NCBI GenBank assembly: GCA_012295275.1
Contig: CM022666.1
Span: forward strand, 11,284,001 to 11,348,000
Reading direction: 5' to 3'
Length of the DNA: 64,000 bases
Origin: Chrysomallon squamiferum
Lineage: Eukaryota; Animalia; Mollusca
Positions 13,401 through 26,102 of the stretch are shown here, piece by piece (within the stretch, counting starts at the first letter, position 1; each line of letters opens with the position of its first letter). A program made the translations under genes and the position numbers. A model generated the notes under the pieces. The model worked only from the letters and a program-made list of their open reading frames with translations, did no database searches and was not told the DNA's origin.

Positions 13401-16400
13401 AAATAAACAATTCATTTATTTTTCATTGCACCATTCTCAGATTTTAAGTAATATTTGTAGCAAGATATGCTCTGTAATTCTTGTTAAATCAAATCTTTTT
13501 TCAAACTTTTAAGTCTCTAAACATTCACATATTTATTACTATATTTCTGCAAATTGTTTTACATATATTTAAATAAATGTACCTTGTAAGCACTTACTTT
13601 GATTTGATGCATACAAATATCATATTTAATGTAATATAAAATAAAAATGTCTTGCTTGTAAAACAAAAAACAAAAATGATATCCACCTTAGTATATAAAG
13701 TGGAAAGAATATAAAGGATAATTGCTTTGAGATTTCTTAGTTGGCAGACATGTAAATTGTCAATGACAATTTCACTAACAAAAACCAGACCAGATATTTT
13801 TACAGGACAGTTTATTGATTTCTCTTTTTCCTTTCAGACATTAAATATTTCACATCGTGCTTATTTCACATAGTCTAAATTATTAGAAAACCAGTGTAAG
13901 CTAATATAGAAATTAACCACAAAAAGAAGCCACTGGCAGTATATCTAAGATAAGACAAATTTACTGAGACTTTTCCTTAATTATTCTCTTTGATAAATGT
14001 GACATTTAGTTTCGATTAATTCTTTACCTATCATCCTATGATAGGAATTAAAAATGAACAGCAAATGTTAATCAACTCAGCGAGAAAGCACAGAGTGAGG
14101 AAGACATTTAACACTGGGTGTTAACAATGATCCCACTGTAATCACATTTAAACAAAAGATCAATGCAAAATGTAACCACATAAGCTTAGCTCAATATCAC
14201 TGTTTTATAATCAATACTGTTAGTTTTATTCTCCTCTCCACAGAGAAATGCTTGCATGTTTAAATACTGGTTAAATATATAAAATAAATACGTCCTTACA
14301 AACAGTATTTAATTTAACTCCCACATATTCTATTCAAAATTAAAATGAAAGAAAAAAATATGCAGTTTTATCTAAAAAACCAATAAAATGAAATGCTGAT
14401 AAATATATATTCTCTTAAAGTTTATTTGTAATAAAATATTTTCATATACAATTTGCAGAACTACCATAATAAAAACATGAACATTTAGAGACAAAAATTT
14501 CATCAGATACACTATTACAAAATATTCTTTATGGACTTGAAATAAGTATAAACAGACTATATTTAGGTATTTATACATTTAACATCATTTTAAAAATTAA
14601 TGCCTTGTTTGTTGAACATTAGTGTATGCCAACATATTAAGGGAAATGTATTGTGCCTGCACCTAGTTCAGCAAATGAGAAAGGTTTGAGGAAGAAGATA
14701 TATTGAATGTAAAGACCTACAATAATTTCAGTATTTTACTTACGTAAATAATAATGAAGAATACAGCGAATGAAATAAATTCAGTAAACAAACTTCATTT
14801 ATGGTTCATGAGTAACATTCCTTCTTTAATAATACTCCATCACAACACATAATTTATGAATTAATATTACTTTCACAACATTTTCACTCACTCTAATAAT
14901 ATATACTGAGTTTCAGCAAGAATAAAAATTAAAGAATAAATCCAAATTTTAATAATGCAAAAATAATCCAGTTTCTATAAATCATGAATAATATAACAAA
15001 ATCTTGGAATTAAATAAATTCCCAGATTAATTTTTGACTTTCCAACAGAACAAAGAGCATCTGACAGTGTAAACTGAAAACAGCCTGAAATCAAGACAAT
15101 CCCACTGAAAGGCTTCAAACAAACTACTAGGCATACAAGATGATACAATTCTTAGCTGTATGCATTCCCACAAGTCCAATGAACAATTGCAATGGCCAAT
15201 CAGAAGAAGCAGCACATCATTCATACTAGGATCTACTCAACTCATGCAAGCAGATCAATAAAAGTATTCAAGTATCAGGTTCTTGGAGAAATATTTGCAA
15301 TTATTGACATAATATGTATAATTTGTTAGAACTTTTCAGATATGATATTATTTTGGAAATACAGGTGATAACATAAGGATCTTTAACACTCAGTGGGTGA
15401 TGTGGCAATAAAAAATGTAAATTACTGAAACTGCAATTCAATACCCATTGTCATGTGAATTAGAAAAATCTACAGTTTATTATTCTTCATCCATAATATT
15501 TTTTCACTCTTAGGTTTTAATATGAACCACATTTTTTAGTAAAAGTTTTCAGTAAAAATTATTAAAACTGTTAACATTTATCTAAAAAAGGCTGCTATCT
15601 AAAACAGATTATATTGATAATATTTTTCTAAGATTAGTTGTTGTAAAAATGTTTTGGTGAAAAAAAGAAAATCCTCTTACAGTGAGTCTGTTAAAGCTGA
15701 TAAGCAAATGTTTTAGTGTGCATGAAGGGAGGAGTTTATCTGTTCAAATTGATTTTCTCTGTTATCGATCAGCTGCACTGTCACAATTTAACAAACGGCT
15801 ACACAAAAAATCAAAAATGAATTTCTTGTTCACAACAGCATATTTATTATTATTACTTTTTATTTATTTATTTATTTTGATAATTAAATTCACCACATGC
15901 ATTTGTGCATCATATTTATAATTAAATTTGTATTTATATTTTGAAAAACCTTTCTTTTGTTTTTTCAATTAGTGTTTATTTTCAAAAATAATAATATAAT
16001 ATTGAATCTACATTTTATTACATAATCACTATGAAACCCCTCTAAATCAGACATCTAAAGAATGTAAGCACCCACTTTTAGAGGTTTCCACTGATGGAAA
16101 TATCATATGTTTTCCAATGAATAGGAAACTTGCAATGTTTTAAGTATCAAAGCCAATTGGTCTTTAATTGTTTATTGACAAGTTGCCCACAGTAACTGCT
16201 GGTGTTCGCAGCCAGGTAATGCAGCAGAAATACTGGAAGCAATTTGTGGCACCACACTGACTGGATTTTACACTATATTACCATATTCATGATAGTGCTG
16301 TTCAGTTTAGAGGAGTAAAAAAGTTAGTTATCAGATGAAGTCCTCTATATGATGAGTTTTGATATATAAGAAAGTGTTCAATTTTGAAAAACTTAAACAA

Positions 16401-19400
16401 TGAAAAACAAAATAAATAAAATAAATGGAAAACTTAAGTTACAGATAAGTTATTTTATACAAATTAATACAAAAATTGATATATAAGAAAGTGTTCAATT
16501 TTGAAAAACTTAAACAATGAAAAACAAAATAAAAAAAATAAATGGAAAACTTAAGGTACAGATAAGTTATTTTATACAAATTAATACAAAAATTGATATA
16601 TAAGAAAGTGTTCAATTTTGAAAAACTTAAACAATGAAAATCAAAATAAATAAAATAAATGGAAAACTTAAGGTACAGATAAATTATTTTATACAAATTA
16701 TTTTATATAAGAAAGTGTTCAATTTTGAAAAACTTAAACAATGAAAATCAAAATAAATAAAATAAATGGAAAACTTAAGGTACACATAAATTATTTTATA
16801 CAAATTAAAAACAATAATTATCTTATATAACATATTTAGAAATATACTGTTATTATAATAATCATTTGATGATCAGTAATAATTTTATTATTTTACTGTA
16901 ATAAAACTATTTGTTACTATTTATTATACAATTTTATAATTTTGTCAAGTATAGATTGTAAAAACAAACTAAATGAGTCCAGTTTTACTATTAGATGTTA
17001 TAAGAAAAAATTAACATCAATATGTAAGCATAGTTTGATAGAGAACAACAAAACATGAAATAAACCTGTATGAAAACACTATGGAGGCTATCTACTTATA
17101 CCCATTTTCTTGCTGACAGAGAACATATTAAACTGAATATGAACACTTGAGTTCAGGGATTACTCAAATGATAAAAACACGCTCAGATGTAAAAAGGCTG
17201 TGTAAAACAGTTAACAGATCTGGCCTGCACAATTAACATTGCCCACGAGACAGCAAAATAAAAGTCAGTGAAATAAAGTCAGTTGACACAGCTATTTTTT
17301 AATTCAGTTTAAAATTTAAGGCGTCTCGAAGGCGATCGGTAAATCAATAGTGCCCCGCATCTGAATTTAGAATGGCTGCTGGCTTCACTCAGTTGAAAAT
17401 ATGCAAACTATATGACTTTCTTCACTTGTCCTCAACATCAGTTAAACCTGACACTGAATCGCTGCTTTGGTATGCAACAACACCCACCTCATCAAGTCTT
17501 CTAAAAGTGAATTTACATAAAATACACATTTTGAAATCTTTTTTGTTCTCATTTCCTATTCTGGCCCTCATGCTCTTCCTATAAGATCCATCCAGCCCCT
17601 GTTTTAAAAAGTTTGCCCAGCCCTAGTCTAGGACAGTCAAAGTATTTTATTTCTCAATGATGTACTTTAACTGAAGTGGAATATGGTAGTTGCTAAACAA
17701 ATACTAGTTTAAAATAGGATAGTTATTCTTATATAGAAATCATCTTTTCACAACATAACAAAATGTCACACAACTTTTTACTAAGCAAGATTTTTTTCTT
17801 TCATTATTTATTTATATATTTATGCATTATAATAATAATAATAATAATAAATATTGTTTGTTAATTTTCTAAAAATTCTTTTAAATATTTTATTTAAAGC
17901 TAAGATATAGATAAAAAAAAATTACAAAATTTTAAAGTAAATTAAAAATATAGATCATTTCCTTTAAGAAAAAGCATGTCTGATTTTTATAAAACAATTA
18001 AAAATAAATGAATAATGTAAACCATTTCTTAAAAAAAGATAAAAAAAAGTACCTTGTATGAGGAAGCATAAAATTCCTTCATGTTGTTCAAACTGAGAAT
18101 TAATGTAAAATAATGCAAAGATGTTGATTTCAAATCATCTACATATGATATTATATCTGCAGTGACATCAGGTCACACAGGAAGTAACCAATAGAAAAAA
18201 AACACTTACTAGTACTAAATATAAAATGTTCCTAACGATGCTTGAAATCTATTCATAATATATTTATGTTTAATTAGTGTTTTCATAGTTTGAAAATGGT
18301 GCAAATAAAAATAATCATTAGGATTATATATGATCTAAAATTACTCATTTGAAAACAGCAAATGAACAATAGATACCCATTCCTACAGCCTGTGTTCTAA
18401 AATAAACTCAATTAAGCTTTATTTCCTAGGGGAGATATCATTCAACAGGTTTCTGGCTGAATTGAGACAATGTTGCTTTTTTTTTTATGCTGAGAACCTT
18501 TGTCTTTAACTGTATGACTAGAAATCCAAGAAAATACAATTTTCATATTCTTTTCTTTTTTCCCCAATTAAAAACATCATTTAAAATAAACTAGTGGCTA
18601 ACACATGATGTAAGGGAGTTAGGGAACTTTGCTCATTATTTGATTATTTTTAATGGATATTTTATAGATGGAATAATCAGTTTAATTAGCATTTGAATAA
18701 CAAAACTTAATAAAGTTTTTACATTAAAAATATTTAATAATTCTGGCCATAGTTTTAGAGATAAAACAATAGAACAATTAACGATAGTATAAAATTACTC
18801 CCACTAGTCTCTGGATTACTCTTGGAGACTTTTCAGTCTGCAGATAAAAAAATATGCAAGGTTTTGTTTTTTCTTTAAATTTTTTTTTTTAAATGACACT
18901 ACGGAAATGAATTATTACTTTATAAAATATTATTGTGAAGTATAATAGCTTTAGATTTAAAAACAAATGCTCACTGCTATCAAATGGTAACTGCTGTCAG
19001 TTATAAAAGCCAGATTCTTAAACAGAAGAAAACAAAACTGTCATTACCTCTGACAGAAATTTTTTATCTGTTTTTGGAGGGGTTAGTATTACACAAGATT
19101 TCAAATTATGCAGCATGAAACAAACAGATTGTTTTTTTTCTTACAAGGAGGCCAAATGTACTCCTTACTTCATACATAAAAAATTAAGTAACAAAAAAGA
19201 AGAAGAACACCATATGTTCTCCTATTTAAATTATTATCACTGAGGAAACCATTATGAATCTGCCATACATGTATTATATGATCAGTCTATATGTCTGATG
19301 TAAGTGAAAATACCAGCCTCTATATATCCTCATCTATTTTTAGTATTATCGCTGTACAGTATTATTAGAAACAAAAGATTCACTAGTGTATATATAAAAT

Positions 19401-22400
19401 GTATTAATGCTGTTTATAACTTATAATTTTCAAAATCTAAATGGACGAACAATAATAAAAACTGTATAAAATGACAGAATAAAATATAATTTATTATTTT
19501 ATCTAATGAAAAAACAGGACTAGGAATTAAGATGTAATATGTACATACCAAAAGCTCAGACAGCTGTTGATCACTGGTAAATGTGTATTCACGGACTGAG
19601 AAATCCAAATTTAAATCTCGTATGTCTCTGCCAATGTCCATTTCCATAAACAACAATAAGAACAATTCTCAGGTGTATGTCCACATAAAGTATCCACCAT
19701 GTCAGACTAGAGGGCTTCACTTTGTGGTGAATAAATTTACTTTCTCTCTCTGGTTCAATAAATAGTTAAAACTTTTAAAAGCTTTTCTAATTCTTATTAT
19801 TATACATATTTTTCTTTCTATTGTAATGTTATATTGTGATGTTTTGTATCTACTACTTCAAAATATAATTGATAACATTTATGTGTTTACAGATAAGCTG
19901 AAATTTAAAATGTTTGGTATTGATGCATTTCTTATTTTTCTAATTTTGAAATTTATATAGATGAAAAACATTAAATAAATTCTGAATAAGTAAGTAAGTA
20001 AATAATAATAATAACAATAATAACATACTTATAGTTACGAATAATGTATTTTCTAGGGTATCATGAATAAAACTAATAAAGAGTACCTCTTGCTGGTATT
20101 AAATCAGAAAAATTAACTTAAAATTGCATCTAAAATTATATTAATTCTAATGACTGTGCCAAGAAGGAAAACAAACAGATAAAACAGTAACTTGATAATT
20201 TTTGGTATTATTCTTAATTTGTTGTAAATTTTGTAAATTTGTTTTAACCTCATTAACAAATAAATATTGAAGGAAAATAGAAAAAACTTTAAAAATTATA
20301 AAAAAGATAAAATTTGCAAATATTGCCTTCACCCAACTTGAATGTTGTGAAACTAAACAATCCCAGTTGTTAATTATTAACATCTGATATCAGTTTTAGT
20401 GCAAACAATAACAAGTTATAACCAGCTGTAATCAATATCAAGAAAATATAAAGTTTCAGCTAAGAAAAACAGTTTCATGATCCATACAACTTGTTTCAGT
20501 AAACTGTAAACATCTAAGATTAATTATTTTGTATGAATGTTAATAAAATAAAGAAACAGGGTTCTGTGCTCTACATTTTGTTAATTAAACACCACTATGT
20601 TGTTCCAAATTTTATTTACTAACACCAATGATAAATAAATAAATAAATAAATAACCTACAAACAGTTAAAATAATAATAAATAATAATAAGATGAAGAAG
20701 AAAAGCAGCAATTAAAAGTCTGCATACAGTTATTATGAAGCTCTTAAAAAAATAAGTAATTATAATTGAAGTTTACCTATATTTTTCAATTTAAAAAAGT
20801 TACCTGCGTAATCTCCTTTGTAAATATAATTATAGAACAATAGCAAAACAAATAATATACTGTGAATCTGAAAATACTGGATTATCATAAAATATTTTTA
20901 AACATTAAAGGAAACTTTTACATGTGATCTAAATAAAAATGGATTAATAAAACTGAAGTTTTTAAAAATTTATTTTAATAATAACTTATTGGTAAAATCA
21001 AATCAAATTTTCTTTATTAACTATCATTTAATATATTAATAACAGTTTTAATAGACCCCTATGGTATTATTACACAAAATATATTTTAATTTGCCAACTA
21101 TGCTAAATTTTATATTTTTCAATATGCCAGTGGTTTTGATTCTAATAAATTTTACCTTATTTACATTATATAACAACATTTAAGCATGCAGGGAGATAGT
21201 TTCTAATTCATATTTAAAAATGTTAATTTAAAAAAGCAATAATTTTATTAATAATCATAATAACTGACACTTGCTTGAAATTATTTTACTAAAATAAATT
21301 AATGTTTTAGCTAATTTCTTACCAATTAATAATGTTCTTTAGTTTTTGCACAATCTTTTATTATTATTATTATTATTTAAAATAATAAACCAACAAGTCA
21401 TTTATTTGGAATAGTTAGCCAAATGACTGTGTTATTATATAACCATTATTTCTTAAAATAAAAAGTATTAAAACAGTAAGTGAATCTATAAATAAGTTTC
21501 AGGTAATCAATATAAAACAGGTAACCATTGGTAAGTTTCAATGATTATCTTCATATAGCTGTTTGATAATTTGGATTTAGCAATGGTATTCCTTTAAGGT
21601 TGGATAGCAAGTGGATAGCAATGCAAATAATAAAATCAGTCATTATCTGAGAAATACAAAAGAAAGACAGTTATAATTTATATGTTTGTCAATGTGGTAA
21701 ATCACTTATAATACCAGTTTTACAATTTCTAGTTGAAAAGAGATTAGCTGTAGCTCAGACACGTTAAACTGCTACTTTTGCATTTATTTATGCTGAATGT
21801 CAAAACAGCAAATGGTAATAGCTTGGAGGAAATATGTTTTTATTTATTCATACCACAATAGTTATTAGTGATGACTGAATGATGAACGTCAAGTGATATT
21901 GGAACTGTCATAAATACAGTAGCTAGACACATTCTGATATTATATTATATTTTATAAACCTATTAAAATTAATGATCAGAACAAAAGATACCAACACAAT
22001 TGATATAATTTCAATATTAAACCCAAGAATTAATGGACAAAAAATATATAAATAGAAATAAAAATCCTTTACAGAAAAATCAAACAAGAAAATGAATATT
22101 TTAAATAATACAAATAAATATAGTAAAAACATGTAATAATGACTGCATTTTCTAGCATTATACTAGAAAAAAAAATTAAAGAAAAAAATTAAAGAAATAC
22201 TCAGACCAAAATTTGAAATAAATGATTCTTATCAAACCCTTTAAGAAAAGTCACTCCCACATTATGGAAGGAATCCAAGATAAAAATATTTTTATATTTA
22301 TCTAGTAAAACTTGATTATCTAACAAATTATTCAAACATCAGTGAGAACTAATGTTACATGAATTCTCTGCATGAACAGACAAATCCATAACATCTCTTA

Positions 22401-25400
22401 GTGCAGTCTAAGTTTGCTCACAATGTCACAGGAAAGCTGTATGCAAATGAGGCAGAATCTTCAAGTATTAACTTATATTTCTGAACATCGATTATTCATG
22501 GAAGAACATGACCTGTATACTATTACATATCCTAATATTTATTTGTTTTTGTATAAAGACAAAATATTGCAAGACTAGCATCAGTTTTAAACAATACAAA
22601 TCATTTACAGATTTAAAATGTATATTAAGCAACTGTTATAACACAAAACATCTATCATTTCTATTAAAAATTATAGTTTTTGTTGAGCAGTATAATACAT
22701 ATATAGAATTTAAGTTTACATAAAAAAAAGGTATAATTACTTTTATTTATCTGCTACATATAAAAATATTTGTCTGAATTAAATTATTTATAAATGAAAA
22801 AGCAGTGAAAAGTTCAGCAGTGTGGTACTTTATAAAACAGGTTAATTTCTTCCCCATATTATATTCAGTAACAGCGTAAGTAGTGTTATTTAACAGGTAA
22901 TAACAGTAAAGTGACTGAAAAATAGTAAAATTGTTATAAGACCAAATTTACAGTTTGAAAAAAATATATATTTTTTTATAGGTCTTAATAGCAAAGACAA
23001 TAATTATAACCATCTTCAAAAAAATTATCTTTATATCAAAACTCATATTAGAGAACATGTGTTTGCTGGTCAATCACTAATTAACAAGACTTCAGTGAGA
23101 GAAAACAGCATCAACTAATTGTAGCCTCAGACATTCCAAACAAATCAATAAAATACTCCTACTAGCAGTAAGCTTACCAAATGACCTCTGGAAAGTGAAT
23201 AAACTATACATTTCACAAATTTAATAAAAATGCACAGAATCACACAGGAAGCAAAAAATGTTTTTGTTATTAAGACTGCTAATAAACATAAAATACTGAT
23301 TTTTAAAAAGAAAGGTTAAAATTAATTTTAAAATTACAATATTTTAAATAAATAAATAAATAAATAAATATTAAAAGTCTTATTTTCTAGGTATTTTTAA
23401 TTTTGTTAGTGATATTATATTGGATTTTCATAAAAAGAACAAATTTTATAACTAACAAAATCATTTATATATTACTTACTATTTTTCAATATTCAATATT
23501 TATTCTGTGTAAAAAATAAAATGTTATATAATATTAGATTCATTAAAAAGAAATTTCTTAATAGAACATTTATGGCAAATCATAATATATATGTGGGAAT
23601 ATATAATAAAAATAAAAAAGTAGTTTTTAATTTATCCAGTAAAATTTACTTAAATATTCACATTCAGTTTACATAAACATTTAGATTCAATCCATTAATT
23701 CCAAACACTTAATATGAAAAAGACATTTCTTCATATGGTAGATAATAACAGAAATCTGAACACAGAAAAATCCTTTTTTAAACCCTCTATCCTTATATGT
23801 ATATATAGTGAGATTTGAACACAGCAGTTTTGAAAACACTGGTAACCCTGGGTGACAAGTGGACAAAATAATTAAGTTATGTTTGTACAATGATGTAGTT
23901 TATGTCACTTGCAGAAAGTCAACAAACTGTAACAAATGAAGTGAAGTGAGTGCATTTCAATTTCTGTTGTTATTAACTCATTTACTTAAACTTTTATTAA
24001 TATATAAAATATAGCTAACATTATATTTTTCTCTTTAACATTTTAGCTAACATTTTATTTTCCTCACTTAAATATGAAGAAACAGAATTATTTAAATGTG
24101 TTGTGTTTGATGAATATCAGATAAATGAATTCTCAAAATGTTTATTTTTGAAATTTGCAGAACTATTTTGGTGAACTATATCAGATGATTATGATTAATC
24201 TATAGAAAGAAGACAAATCATAGTAGTTAAAAAAAACTGTAATATAATCCTCTAGAAATTCCTTTACTATACTGAGGGTATTCACTGATTTCAACATTTT
24301 CAAACTTGTACATAATGTGTACACTTAAAGTTCTTAAAACATCAGATATCCCATTTATATTTCATTTGCAAATGTTAGTTTCATTACAATTATGTTTAAT
24401 ATAAAAGTTCAATTATCTATCTGATCTAGATCAGAAGATGCCATGGATTGAGTAAAGCTCATTTAAGGATGTTGTGTAAATGACATTTAATGATAATGAA
24501 ATTTGTAAAATGAAAATGAATTAAACACCATCTGGGTTAAGATTTAGGAATAATCACAACAGAAACTTTATGATAATCATACTTATATCAGCTGATATAT
24601 GCTTAAAATTATAAAATAATATTTGTATCATATAATGAAATAATCATATTTTATATTAATCCACATAATAATTTGCAAATCTAATGCCAGGAAAAAATAT
24701 ATAAAATAACACAAATTACAGAAAACAGCATTAGAAGCATATTAATCAGTTAAATCCAATTTTATTCATTAGTTTTTAATATTTACTCTATATTTTAAGC
24801 ATATAGTTAAGCCTTTGACCAGAAAAATGCAAAATCAAGAAATCCATATCACCTGCAATTCCAAAGATACAAATTTTATACCCGTAATATAATGCAAATT
24901 GAGGGTTCCCTTATCTGAAATTCCAAAATCCAAAACTTTTTTCTAAGCTGCAGAAATAGTGGTATGTTAGTTTTTGTATTATTTTGTATATATAAAATTT
25001 CTTTTATGCACAAAAGTATTAATACTGCAGATCATATATGAAAAATATATGGAATTAATGTTTAGACTTAGATCCATTCTCCTTATATTCCAAAGACCAA
25101 AACCTGAAATATTTCAGGTCCCAGTGACTTCAGAAAAAGGGTTCTCAATCTGTACAAAGTGAGATTTAAATTAAAAATATTTATTACTTACTAGAAGCCT
25201 TTTCCTTTCTTCTTCTGCTGCAAGTTGTAGTTGCTGTTCAAGTGTGGCCCAGTCCATTTGTGGAAGAGCTGATTCTATGTTGTAAACATCAAAATCTACT
25301 GATGATGATGTCATGCTATCAACCTCAGTTTTTTTATCCTTAACATGTTTTCTTTCATTGTCTGTTGTTTTGTGTTTAGCGAAATCTGATTTTGACTGTT

Positions 25401-26069
25401 TGAAACCTGAATTCATTTTACTTTGCACACCCGATCCTGAATTGTGATGCTTTATTGGACTTGTCATAGCTGATTCAGTTTCATATTCTTCAGACTCTGA
25501 ACAAGAATTTTCATCACAGTTGCCGCTTACATCTGTTTGTAACCTTTGACCTTTGTTATGTAAGTCAAATGGCAAAGCATGTGAATCTATCTTTTTCAGT
25601 TCAGCAAATTCCTGTGCAAGACTTAGAATATTAATTTTGCGAGCTCTTTTAGCAAATTCGATATCAGTTTCTCCAGACACTCTCTTAATTTCTCTACAGT
25701 TTTCCCCTTTATGTAAAATAAAGTCACCTGTCTTTAATTTGCTTCTGTCAACTATATACATATCTAATTCATTCTCAATGTCTTCTAAAGGTCCTGCTAT
25801 TTCTGAGTAGTCAGACAGCACAGAGTCACACTCTGAGTTAATAAGAGATTTGATAGGTGACTTTTTATCTCGGACTAACTTGTAACTTCCTTTGTTCACC
25901 TCACTGATGTTTACTGGTTGGTTTTCTTCTGGTGTTAATACAGTCATAGTCTGCATTCCTGTAATATACAAAAACTTTAATATTTTTGGAAATCTGTGGC
26001 AGATATATTCAAAGTAGATTTAAAAAATATCATAAGAAAAAACAATAAAAATTTGTTTTCTGGTAATAA

Positions 26070-26102
<33 letters not shown>

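Noticed and set aside
14738-14800. Minus-strand GTAAGT donor at 14743 as another coding first exon
   Set aside because: The phase-0 frame hits a stop before any ATG; at most a non-coding exon.
16360-16808. CRISPR-like array, or the repetitive ORF 16439-16696
   Set aside because: Units are contiguous near-identical copies with no unique spacers, the context is a eukaryotic intron, and the ORF is a by-product of the repeat.
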